A stretch of 63,064 nt of DNA, the filler included, from Squatina squatina (lineage: Eukaryota), in NCBI GenBank assembly GCA_031763465.1. It is 4 parts of 4 records of this genome, joined end to end, with 100 filler letters (N's around TTAATTAATTAA, not from the genome) between each part and the next. Parts side by side here need not be neighbours in the genome. Positions count along the whole stretch, not along the records: positions 1 to 16,479 come from JARFOE010000121.1; 3 more parts are not named here. The stretch is one strand, 5' to 3'. Below are positions 1-12,119 of this stretch, in pieces (within the stretch, counting starts at the first letter, position 1; each line of letters starts with the position of its first letter). The position numbers and the translations under genes are program-made. The notes under the pieces are model-generated. The model saw only the letters and a list, made by a program, of their open reading frames with translations. It was not told the origin of the DNA and did not search any database.

Positions 1-29
1 GAGATAAGTGGATATTGAGCCCTAGTTAC

Positions 30-1151
30 CTTGTTCAATTCCTTAGGACAATTGAACTTGTTGTCAGATTTGTCAGATTTGTAAGGATGATAAATGACTT
101 CTTTTCCATCTTGTTTCCCTTGGTTACTATAGCAGATTTCTCTACATTCTTCAATCTTTTCATTTATCTGCTTCAAGGAAAACATGCAGAGAGCAGATTT
201 TTCAGGAGAGGCTGTCTTTTGGTCACCTCTGTTAAACACGGCAAAGAGTACTTTATCCTGTGGAGCTACAGTCCCATAGTCCCCTGATACGGTCATGTCC
301 CGAGCAAGTTTTTCTCCAGGATTACTTATGTAAGCAGACTGTACAAGATTACAATCACCACATTCCAGGACCATTTCAATGTAGGAATGGTAAAAGACAT
401 CATTAAGGCAAATACGCGATATATAGGTTTGAGGAGGTTCATGCTGTGTTCCATCCGTTCGAGAAAAAATGAAATAAACGAAAGTACCATCTTCAAATGA
501 AAATTTAAAGTCATGTCGATACTGTTGATGAGAGTCTGGTTTCACAGCTGAAGTATCTTGAATAAGCTCAAAATAATTATTCAAATCTGGAGAAAGTGTT
601 CTGGTGCTAATTATTGCAGTTGAATATGTAGTCGGAGTCTTTCCAACAAAAATCACTTGCTTGGGTCTCCCCACTGATTCATTCATGGTCGCGATGAGTC
701 CCACCGTTGACTCGTTACTTGCCACAAATGTAGCTTCTCCACCATTCTCATCTTCATAAATGACTTTACTGATGTTATTCAACTGCCATAATGAGCAAAT
801 TCCTCTAAATATACTTCCACAAATCACAAGTCTATCCTTATCTTTGTCTATCAAAAGAAGTTGATTGTAATTATCAGTTTGTACTGCAGTTTTGCATCCT
901 GCTGTTATTGGTGGGACACACTTTGGATCATCGAGTTTTGGACCAGTTTTTGTTCTCTCTTCCTGGTCGAGTTCTGCTGTTAGTTGATAGAGGAAATTCA
1001 CTGCCCCAACATACACTCGCCCAGTGGTGTCATCCATGGTCAAATGTAGAAGTTTTGTAGAGCTGTTAAATTTATCATATCCTTCAATTCCAGGCTTAAC
1101 GCCTAAGTAAAAGATTGCAAATGCACAGAATATCCAAGTCCAAGGTGACAT
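30..1151 (-). CDS. PLXNB2: Plexin-B2, first coding exon (signal peptide + most of Sema domain, 374 codons); gene continues beyond the left edge
   Basis: Manual translation from ATG at 1151: MSPWTWIFCAFAIFYLG...LHLTMDDTTGRVYVGAVNFLYQL...TGPKLDDPKCVPP...TDNYNQLLLID...LVICGSIFRGIC...FVASNESTVGL...SRICLNDVFYHSYIEMVLEC...ALCMFSL, which is collinear with the plexin-B2 Sema domain. Acceptor TTTGTTTTGCAG precedes 1164; donor AAG|GTAACT follows 30. A DENND6B exon lies on the same scaffold, and PLXNB2 and DENND6B are neighbours in human. Absent from the ORF track because the frame runs off the window without a stop. Confidence 0.9.
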
Positions 1152-2889
1152 TTCCAAAATTGAACTGCAAAACAAAGAACTATTAGCTGCATGGAAAGAC
1201 TGTTGGAAAGAGGGATAGATGCAATTTTGGAGACCTTCTCTAGCCACCAATCTTTCCAGACAAAGGTGGAGGGAAACAACAAAAAGGCAGGTAAATGGGG
1301 CTGATCTATGAGAATGAGATGGGCTTGTTTGAGCTTAATGCCTTTTCCCTGTTTCTAAATTTTTTCAATGATTCTTATTCTGTTCACCTCTTGTATCATT
1401 TACTTCAATAACTTGACTTTCTGCAGTGAAGCAACTGTACAAATAAGATAATGTACCTATAATGAATATTTAGTCAACAATATATATATATAACTGTCAG
1501 TAAGTCTGAGTGCAAATGATATGAAGACAGACACATTAATAAACCTTATGGAAGTGTTTTTTTTAAATATAATTTTTGAAGAACATTTNNNNNNNNNNNN
1601 NNNNNNNNNNNNNNNNNNNNNNNNNNNNNNNNNNNNNNNNNNNNNNNNNNNNNNNNNNNNNNNNNNNNNNNNNNNNNNNNNNNNNNNNCCACGCAGTAGA
1701 AAGGTTGCTGTTGTATTGAGTGCTCTGAACGATTAATGCAATAGATGGATTCAAGCTGCATACTAAAGAATTAACAGCTGCTCAGACTGAAATTATGTAG
1801 GAAAGCATTCACAGTGAATAGCTTTTAAAGCCAGCAAAGAACCAAGAGAGTTTTCTGCATCATTAGTCCAAACTGAAAATAACAATTACTTACACATTAA
1901 TGCAGCGCTGACACCAGGCCGATTGAACATACTGGTACCAATATGCAACAGGGAGAAAAAAAAAATCAAATTAAAGCCAATATGCTAGGTCTGTGAATCT
2001 CTCATGCCCCCTTTATATCACAGGATTGCCTCAGATAGCCAGAACAGTGTTGCAGCAACCCTGTGGTATAAACAATCTTTTATTCAGAAGCAACGAAACT
2101 CTTCTGCAATAGTTTTCACTTTGTCGTTCCACATGATTTTCACCTCATCATTTTATTTCTATGTAATGGCCATTTGGAAAACTCACTGGTAAAAGCAACT
2201 AAACATGGAGAACACAATTCAATAAAAATTAATTTGATTATTAAAGAAGTCCATTGCTCCTTATAGTGATCACAGTATGTCTAAAATCCTGAGTAGGTCA
2301 TTTCTGGACACGATAATTAACCACTGTGTCACCTTTGCCCCAATCATCGGTTTTACGCACATGCACACACACACATACAAAAACACACACCTTTACAATC
2401 TCTCTCTTTGGTCCAAACTCAGACTTAAATAATTGAAATACCTTCACATATCAAAGGTGCTCTATCAATTTTCAACCTTAAAACCTCATGGTTAAGATAG
2501 AAGTAAATGGCACCAAAGCCGTCAAACCACTTTCCTATCTGAGAGGGCAGGCAGACAAGCTGTGGAGAGCTCTGTTGATCGTACGCTTCGGCTGGCCATG
2601 AGCACAAGGAGAGCACCCTATGGTAACCGACTGATTTTCTCCTCCCTATATATTAGAAAACACTTCCTGAAATTCGGGGGATTCTATTTTGCCGTCATTN
2701 NNNNNNNNNNNNNNNNNNNNNNNNNNNNNNNNNNNNNNNNNNNNNNNNNNNNNNNNNNNNNNNNNNNNNNNNNNNNNNNNNNNNNNNNNNNNNNNNNNNT
2801 TTATTAAAAGTTATGAAATGATTCCTGCGGGATTCATCCTTGGCTGAACTGGTACAAATCCGTGTCAGCACAGTTTCATTGGCAGCCGT

Positions 2890-3075
2890 GCTTTCAGCCC
2901 CATCCACCTCTCTCTCTCCCCCTTTAAGATGCAGCTTAGAACCCAGCTCTTTGACCCAACTTTGTCACTGGTCCTAATAACTCCATACATGGCTCAGTGT
3001 CAAATTTTGTTTGGTGATGCTCCTGTGATGCGTGTTGACCTACGCTGAAGGCACCATATAAATGCATGTTGTTGT
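2890..3075 (+). mobile_element. L2-type LINE 3' end fragment
   Basis: Tail GGCTCAGTGTCAAATTTTGTTTG...GCTCCTGTGA...AAGGCACCATATAAATGCATGTTGTTG recurs at about 21420-21790(-), 26604-26965, 30916-31035, 57935-58145 and 60670-60930. Confidence 0.65.
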
Positions 3076-4950
3076 TCCCTTCAAAATAGTTCCCGGTAGA
3101 TATGCCAGATGAAGAAGCAGTAACATACTTGTTTTGCATATGTAACATTGTATTTTTATTTGGAACAGGAAGGAAATTCATTAGCAGAACCCATTATTTA
3201 TAGAGATAACAACAAGGCTCATGTTTCTGCAGCAAGAGAAATAAGTTTGTAAAATGATAATGAAATATATATTTGATCATCAAAGTCCAACTTTTTTTTT
3301 AAAAAAAACAGCTGTATTTTATAAAAATTCAGTCCTGAGCAACGTTCATTATGGAACCATTGCAGAGCAACGACACACAGGCAGACATTCCTTGTGTACA
3401 GATAAAAGTGGATAATCTATTTTAAATGTGAACTGTCTCCAGATTAGTGTGTGTGGGTGGACAGCAGTCATTTTTGGTTTTAAAATACTGCTTAATGCCA
3501 TGCAGCTGAAACTGCAACAGCTGCAGCACAAAGTGTCTTACTCCTAGAGTCCCCTGTAGCAGAGGAGATAATAATAATTAGCGGTTGGCGCCTTCTGTGT
3601 TAATTGGTTGATTGCAATTGCGTGCATGATCTGGGCCCAAGTAACTCATGTACAAACCCCACATGAATGTTTTGTATAAAGTAGGTATTTTGAGAAATTA
3701 AAGAGATGATCGTTGGGAGATTTGATTTTTTCATAAATGAGTAATTAAAAATAGACAGAAAGGAGGGACGTAGACTCATTTAGATCACATTGTGGAGTAT
3801 CTGTGTGCTACAGCATCTTAATAACTATAGAGATTGAATATTCAGGTCAAAAAGTGGTGAAAGATCATACAAGAACAAGAGATTAAGAGGGAAGGACATT
3901 CATTTCACAGTCACTTCACGCCGTGTTCAGGATTGTCAACTTTGTCTTATTGGGCAATCTCAAGCTGACCAGATTGATTCTACACTCAAATCGTAAACAC
4001 AGAATATATTTCATTTGCATCGTATATCAAGCTATTTTTTAAAAAAACTTTAAATCTATAGTGTTTACAGCATTCTTTGCTACATGGAAACAGGATGATT
4101 GGGCAGTTGGCTATCTAAGTGATGCAGACTGTTGNNNNNNNNNNNNNNNNNNNNNNNNNNNNNNNNNNNNNNNNNNNNNNNNNNNNNNNNNNNNNNNNNN
4201 NNNNNNNNNNNNNNNNNNNNNNNNNNNNNNNNNNAGGCTTCGACTGCTGTTGAACAAGCTACTCAAGTGGTGCACAACAACCGTACAAATCGACTTTCAT
4301 CCTGATTTTCCTTTCCTCCAAAAGATTGGCTGAGTTTGGGATTAAGCATGTGAGGAACTGTGAAGGAGAACTTGTATTCTTCTGCTGCAACAGTTCCTGT
4401 TTGCTTTAACCTTCCAAATAGATCCTCTGCAATTACATCAAACTTAGAAGTTTAAAATCAACAATGGAGCCCAGATGGTTTTCAGGGAAAATAGGGGGAG
4501 GGGGTGAAAAGAGGAGGCGAAGTAACTCCGCTGGCAAATGTTTCTGCAGCAGCAATTAGAGTTGGCTTCTTTCCACTAACTTTCTTTTAAGAAATAGAAA
4601 GAAATGTTTAAATTGGCAGGCAGAATTTAAGTAAATTAAATCAGCCCAAGTTTTTCTTCGTTGTTCTAAAGAGTACTGCAGATAATTCTTCTGACATTTC
4701 AAATCAACTTGACATTACAGGACTTTTCCTTGAGGCCCCTAAGGGGAGGGGAGCACATTCGTTTGACAATTCCAGTCGTGCAACTGGGACTTAAAATAGC
4801 TGCAAGCTTGCTTTTATGAGTTACACAGCAGGAATCATTTGGTAGTTCCAGNNNNNNNNNNNNNNNNNNNNNNNNNNNNNNNNNNNNNNNNNNNNNNNNN
4901 NNNNNNNNNNNNNNNNNNNNNNNNNNNNNNNNNNNNNNNNNNNNNNNNNN

Positions 4951-5110
4951 NAAAAGGAAATTGGATAAATACGTGAAGGAGGAAAAATTGCTGGGAAATG
5001 GGGAAAGAGCAGGAGGAGTGGGACTAATTGGATTGCTCTTCAAATGAGCCGGTGCAGACGAGATAGGCTGAATTGCCTCCTTCTGAGCTGTGCTATTGCA
5101 GGATTCTAAC
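4951..5110 (+). mobile_element. CR1-type LINE 3' end fragment
   Basis: AAAAGGAAATTGGATAAATAC...GAGCCGGTGCAGACGAGATAGGCTGAATTGCCTCCTTCTG...GATTCTA; the same tail is seen at about 31720-31875, 34560-34715 and 57250-57440. Confidence 0.7.
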
Positions 5111-6499
5111 ATTGTAGGAAATTATTGGTGGATTGGACAACAGTGGGGTATGGGAAATTGCCCAAAGTGTCCATATGTGAACACTTTCCGACCCTGGCTG
5201 ATTAGCCCAGGATCACGGATACCAACTGTAATGCTCCAAATTTGCTCCTGGGTTAGGGAGCAAGGCAGCACAGACCAGAGACCAAACCGAGCAGATTGGA
5301 AGTCTGGACCACTCATTCTACACCACACAGTACATCTAATCACAAGCTATTAACATTTTTTTGATTAGCTTGGTTCATCTATCTTCATATTTCCCAACCT
5401 AAATAACATTTTTCTAAAAAGTGATGTAATTACAAAGCAACCAAAATGTGACATTTTTCCAAAAAGAGAGAAAATTCATGCTGCCATGTCCACATTTGAC
5501 ATTAAGTGTGCCTAGTAATGAATTATGTAATGGATTATGTACTTGGAAATATTAATACTGCAATTATCCAACCACTTTCATGTCAGCTTGAAGTGATTGT
5601 GGATTTCGAAGTGTGAGTCAGGTCTCTGACTGACTCACGAATACAGTGCAGTCAGTGGGTTAGAGACTTCACCTCTTCAAATTAGGTGCCTCACACTCTG
5701 TGGGCTTCACAGCAGGCGTAATGCAACTCCAATCTGGTGCACAACTACACTTGAAAGAAAAAGAAATGCACCCTGGAGCTTTTCTAATATTGGAGAAGCA
5801 ACCTCAGCTCATCTATAAAACATTAAAAATTAAGCAACCACCTGAGACAGTAGTGTAACCGTCACTGTATTGCACTATATAGATAGTGGTTTTTGATCAG
5901 TATTTGCAGTCGAACAGCAACCCAAGTACAAGTCACGACAGTACACTGGACTTTCTTCTTCCTTACGAATCAGGCTGAATGTACAAGCTCAATCAAGACA
6001 CTCAAATTACTATCTGAAAATGTACAAACCCATATTGTTTATGCAGTGCTTCCCACCCAGGAAAGTAAGAAAAATGAATTCTACATATGGAAAAAACCCT
6101 TATTGTGACAAAGGTTCAATATGGCCTGCTTATATTATTGCAGAATGCTAAATTATTCAGGACCGTTTCCAGAGCAGCCTTACTTAAAACACACAAAACA
6201 AACGCCAATGCAAATATGCCCTTTGATAGGCAATGATAAAGGTTTCCAACTGACATATGCAAAGTGATACGAGTAAACTAAAATCTACCGAAATTATCAT
6301 ACAAGCATTTCATTGATTGTGTTCAGTGAATAATCGCTGCAGTGTCACAGCACGGCTCCAGCCAAGAACTGGACTGCACAGGGCAAACTTTTCAACAATA
6401 AAAAAAGTACTGTAGAAGAAAATTGTTGGTAATTCATACAATGAGTCTAATTTACCAATCTACACATCATCTGGCATTATCAATAATCAACTTGAGTGT

Positions 6500-6850
6500 A
6501 GAATCTAGATGGGCATTCTAGCTCAGTATTGAGAGATTGCTGCATTGTTGGAGGCACGATCTAGACGTTAAACAAAAGTCCTGTACGCCTTTTCCAGTGG
6601 TTCAGGTACACATTAAAGACCTTATGGCATTATTTGAAGAAAAGTGTTCTGCTAATATTCCACCCTCAACCTCCAAATAATAAAATAAAATTGTTCCTTC
6701 ATTCCAGTGCTGTCTGTGGCATCTTGCAGTGGACAAAATAGTTGTCATGCATGCCGAAACAATGCTCATTGCAATTGAGGCTAATTTAACGTACGTGAAT
6801 CATTTGGAGATGTCTGGGACAGATATAGGTGCTATATAATTGCAGGTCTT
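6500..6850 (+). mobile_element. Degenerate Deu-domain (SacSINE1-like) SINE
   Basis: Diverged match to the SINE copies at 9596, 24150 and 33530; ends GGTGCTATATAATTGCAGGTCTT. Confidence 0.55.
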
Positions 6851-8799
6851 TAATGTAAAAGCAGCTGAAATTAATCGGTTATTGTTAGCTGCTATAATAT
6901 GAGGTCCTTTCACACACAACATTGAGTTATGCAGATGTGTGATTGGACGTGGCTTTCACAGGTGTAGTTTCATTTGAGATAAAGACGCACAAGCCTCAAC
7001 TGTACTTGACTTGTACGTGGCAATTCTGCCCCACAGCCTACTTTTACTGAGGTGGCAGCTCGGAATAGAGACACTCAGCAGACGAGTCGGATTTCCCACA
7101 TTATAAAGCTCTNNNNNNNNNNNNNNNNNNNNNNNNNNNNNNNNNNNNNNNNNNNNNNNNNNNNNNNNNNNNNNNNNNNNNNNNNNNNNNNNNNNNNNNN
7201 NNNNNNNNNNNNCGCCTAAATAAAACTACGAATTGGACGCCCATGACCTTTTAATAATTTGAACCTATGTCCCCTTATTCTACCATCGTAGTTTCATTGA
7301 AAATAATATAGTGACAAAGATCAAATTTTGTAAACAAAATGAAGTTTAATTTTGTTAGACTTAATTTACATTAAAGAAAAGCAGTAAAAATAGCACGTAC
7401 ACATCAGAGATCCATAATATACAAAATTGCAAACTGCTATAATGGGCACGATATTATTTTTAATTAGTCACAGTTCCCTTTAGTTTCACAATGCTGCACA
7501 ACACTGCTATATAGGCATTTTACAATTTGTCAACATAGTCACAAAACTAAAGAAACCACAAATATTTCCTATTGTGCAAGAGAAGCAATCATTAAAAAAA
7601 ATTTTATACCATAAAAATATCCAAATAAAAATCAACACATCAGCAAGCCTACTGGCCACAGATCAACCTGGTGCTGAGTACTGCAGCTCTGGATTATGCC
7701 TCATGCAAACTAGGAAGCCATTTAGTGTAAAAGAATTTGGCATCACCATAATAGAAGCTGAAGCATGTGAATAGCAGCCTACAAAGTTTCCAGCGCAAGA
7801 AGAAACAGGGGGAATTTGAATGAAGTGTAGTTTAAGTGGTGTTGGCCTCAGCTCAAGGAGCTGGCCTAGTACTCCTTGCTTTCTCCTTTAACAATATCTG
7901 AGCACCTCATTTTGAAAGAGAACATGTTACCGAAATGGCAAGGTGAGCCAAGGCTTGAAAACCACAGGCCTTTGGGTCATGCCATGTATAAGATGTCAAG
8001 GCCTATCTACAAATAATCATTGTCACGTACATGGCAAAGAGTACAGCTGGTGTAGAAAAGCACGGCTTTTGTAAATAGTCATTTTGGACTTTAGAACCGA
8101 TGAGGAGCTTAATTTGCTATCGGCATACAACACTCCTATTCGTCACCTGCCACCATCACTTAACCCCTCCAATCTTCCAATGCTTCAAAACCACTCATTA
8201 CTTTAAAAGTACTAACATTTTGGGGTATATATCTCTATCTCTCTGAAACATTGTCTTATTGCAAATTATACATATTGGCCCGGAATCTGCAGTGGGCAAG
8301 AACAGCGAATGAATAGGGGCAATTTCAGTTATTTAATCTTCATACAAAAGGTTCATAAACAAAAAGACAAAAAGTCTTGAAATCAAATACATCTAGTTTC
8401 CTGCCACATTTGATATTCCCACCTCCTTCAAAATACTTACATACATTACAAACATTAAAAGCACTACATTTTATAGCATTTTCCAAGACTATTCCCTCTC
8501 CAGATATGCAAGGCTGTCCCTTTAACTAGCCACTACAGTAAATACAACACAAATATTTAAAAATCTATTCTCACTCATTTCCTATGTTCAATATTGTAGC
8601 ATCCCTCATTTTTTGACTGTCTTCAAGGCTACTTACTGAAGTTGCAACACAGATTTAACGGAGGGAAACTAAATTCACTGTAGTGTTATGTGAACTAACT
8701 ACTGTAAATGGCTTTGTTTCAAGTAAAAACAGTTGAAAATTCCCTCCCACTTGGGTTTCCCACTGGAAGCACAGCGGGTGTGATATCCGCACGCTGTTA

Positions 8800-10415
8800 T
8801 GACCCCATGGTGACCATGTCTCATCATCTGGGTTGGAGTCTATTCAGTGCTCTTGAGTAGGAGCTGTTGGGAAGAAAAATCTCCTTCTGTTGCAGTTGGA
8901 ATGGGCAGGCATACTTGCAAAGGGAGCAGCAGTCTTCAAAATATGTCAGGTACAAACTTGTCATCGGATCTGCACAAGCCCAGGCAGCTGGAGTGATGAG
9001 AAGCGCGAGTGGCCAGATCACCTGCTGTCGATCCATTCAAACTGCCTCCTGCGGTTATAATAACCCTACTGCCTCTTCCTTTTAAGTCTTGTGTTGCTAA
9101 TCTCCACGTCCACTGGTGGAGCAGAGGCAGGAAGAGGCGCAAATCCACGGGAGGCCTAAACCCTACCCCCAGCCTGCCACTCATTTAAATGCAGAGTGGG
9201 CAATTGCTATCATCAGCAGTTTAGTTGAGTCTCCTGTGCCTTGTGAGACAACCCATTTCTTCCACTGCTGCCTTTCCAGAGCAAGACATACGAATCTATT
9301 GCAAGTTGTCTCCACGATAGTGGCATCTTTTTTCGATCGTCCTGCAATATACTATTGTTTGCCCTGCACACCTTCTCTCCCCCCCCTTCAGGTGGAATCC
9401 AGTCTGAAACATTCTTTGTGCTTCTGTCACAGGGCAAAAGCCTGCGTACACTTGTTACTCTTCCAGATATTTGACAAATGAAGATATGACCCACTGGCTG
9501 TACCACTTCGAGTCTTAATTTCTTTAGTATGCTGGCTACAGCAGATATTTGACTTCCAAGATAGACAAAGTCATCATCTCTGCCATACAGATGAATCATT
9601 AGAAACAGATTATCTGGTCATTATCACATTGCTGTTCTTAGGACCTTGCTGAGTGCAAATTTGCTGTCGCTTTTCCTACATTGCAACATCTCTACGCTTC
9701 AAAAGTAACTAATTGGCTGTACTTTGGGATGTCTTGAGGTTGTGAAAAGCACTATCTAAATACAACTCTTTCTTGCAAAAATCTGGCAGTGTTGACAGCA
9801 TTCTCTCGGATCTCCATGATCTTGGTTTTCTACATACTGATACAAAGTTGCATTTTGGCAGCTCCTGCTTTTATGCTCACAACAAATCTTATCATTCTAT
9901 CCAAGTTGGTATCCAGTACAACAAGATCACTTGTAAATTCTAGGTCTCAGAGCTTACCTTTTGTCCTTGGCAACAGCCATTGCTCTTTGACCATGCAGAA
10001 CAGAAGTGGGGACAGCACGCAGCCTTGTCTTACATCAGTAGCAATCTTAAACCACTGCATGTCTGCGCTCTGCCCTGACTGATGCAGCACACAGATTCTT
10101 CATACAAAGTTTAGACCAACAATCTTTGTTGGAAACCCAGTGTCTCAGAGTCTACCAGTGGACATTATCAAACATTTTTGTAAGATCAATTAAGTTAAAA
10201 ATGATCTGATGCTGGTATTCCATGCCTACCTTGATCAATCTCAAGATAAAAATCTGATGTGAACATGACGTACCAGATTGAAATCCAGCTTGTTCTTCCC
10301 AGAGTACCTTGTCAACAGCCATTTATATCCTACTGGTACATATAGGATTGGACCCTTTTTAGAGATTTTACAGATTACATCTCTTCTCCAGTCTTTAGGA
10401 CAGATCTCCTTTCTG
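8800..10415 (-). mobile_element. Decayed RTE-clade LINE (RT and C-terminal region), interrupted by a SINE and a short GC-rich insert
   Basis: Minus-strand peptides ICPKDWRRDVICKISKKG, DVRQGCVLSPLLFC, DDFVYLGSQIS and a C-terminal CxxC remnant (CSLCKYAC) occur in RTE order, with stops and frameshifts. Confidence 0.7.
9596..9775 (+). mobile_element. Deu-domain SINE 3' part inserted in the RTE element
   Basis: AGATTATCTGGTCATTATCACATTGCTG...CTTCAAAAGTA...ATTGGCTGTAACTTTGGGATGTCTTGAGGTTGTGAAAAGCACTAT; reverse-complement copy at 24150-24414. Confidence 0.75.
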
Positions 10416-10859
10416 ANNNNNNNNNNNNNNNNNNNNNNNNNNNNNNNNNNNNNNNNNNNNNNNNNNNNNNNNNNNNNNNNNNNNNNNNNNNNNNNNNNNN
10501 NNNNNNNNNNNNNNNNAGCGAATGAATACCTCCTCGCGTTGAAATAATCAGTGGCAAAAAGAAAATGAGTCAAACTTTTTTTTCTAAAAAGAACCAACCA
10601 TCCTGGATATATTTGACACATTCCTCAGTTGGAGATACAAACATGGGGCGGCGGTGGGGGAGAAAGGATCCATTGAAAAGTAGGAACACCATCGAGCCAA
10701 GAATGACTCGACCAGCAAATGGTTAAACCAGAACCTGACGTCAGGCTCAAACTTGAAATCTCGGGATCCAGCCCTCAACAACCCGCTTTTCGATATAAAT
10801 CTGACACAATTCGTCCCCCTGAATTGCTCTGGGGGGCTTTTATACAAACACACAAAGGG

Positions 10860-11435
10860 AGAGAGGGAGGGTCGCGTTGCGTCGACACTAGGACTCAGCC
10901 TGTGTTCTCCAGTAGGGCTGGGCTGGGAGACAGGAGGAGCCCGATTAATCAACGAGGAAAGCAATCTTTTTAAATCGATTTAACTGAAGCAAATGCAGAC
11001 ATTTCTCAGCCTTCTTCCAGGACAATGCAATCAGGTGAAAGCGACCAACAAGTTAGAAGCTTGCAAAGTTCAAAGCCGAATGGGCGATCGCTCGCTCGCG
11101 CCCTCAGTTGATTTAACTTTTGGGCTCGTTCCTCCCTTTTTTAAAAAAAATGGTAAAACCAACGGGGAGAGGCGGCTGGTGAGGACGAAGGAAGAGTAAG
11201 GATATAAAGAACCACAAAAAAAAATACAACATTGACCTGCTGACTAAAAGACAGCTTCTTACCTTTTTTTCGGAGTGCGGCTAAACCCGAGAGACTTTAG
11301 CAAGGTGAGTGACTCACATGACTCGGGCTGTGTTTAATGCAGAGAGGGAGAGGGAGAGGGAGGGGAAGAAAGGACTCACCTGTGGGCGATGCACACATCC
11401 GCTCTGAGTAACAACGACACGAGGAACAGGAAACG
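10860..11435 (-). promoter_or_regulatory. CpG-rich region, probable PLXNB2 non-coding first exon(s) and promoter-proximal sequence
   Basis: Local rise in CpG and GC about 10 kb upstream of the plexin coding exon. Two consensus minus-strand donors (CAG|GTGAGT at 11380/11379; AAG|GTAAGA at 11263/11262), TGACTCA at 11310-11316 and a GA-rich tract at 11341-11372. The link to PLXNB2 is inferred across assembly gaps. Confidence 0.45.
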
Positions 11436-12119
11436 NNNNNNNNNNNNNNNNNNNNNNNNNNNNNNNNNNNNNNNNNNNNNNNNNNNNNNNNNNNNNNNNN
11501 NNNNNNNNNNNNNNNNNNNNNNNNNNNNNNNNNNNATTGTTGGACTTGCTCAGTTCCTGTCTGATTGCTGTGAAGAAAGAGGTGGGCATGCTTTAGTATA
11601 ATCTTATTCATGTTAATTGTTCCACATACCAATAGTTTAGGCCCAGCCATAGAGAGGAAGAAATCCCAGGGGCACGAGCTGTTTGAAGAATTTTGAATAC
11701 CTCAACCACACAAAGTTCATGTAATCCCCTCTCTCACTGCATAAGTAGGTCCCCAAGCCACTTCCCTTTTTTGACCGAGTCAATAGTGAAGAAGCTTGAA
11801 TAGTACTGTAGAAAAGAAAGTAAATATCCATTTACACCACGCCCTACTAGAGAAAGAAGCATGGAATGGTGGAAGCTTTTTATTCCATCAGTCATCAACA
11901 ACTGAACACACATGTGTCAAGATATGTCATTGCACTCTTTTGTCTGCCAGCTCATGTAGCTGCCTGCTTGTCATCACTTTCAGGCTTTCTGTTCACAGAC
12001 CTACTATCTCATCTTCCACATGGTGTGTTTGCAGCTGGCGTTCATTGCATCACCTTCGTGGGGTATTGGCCCTCAGCTATGTGGTAAAATGCCCTGCCTG
12101 TCAGAATCTTCTTGCCATA

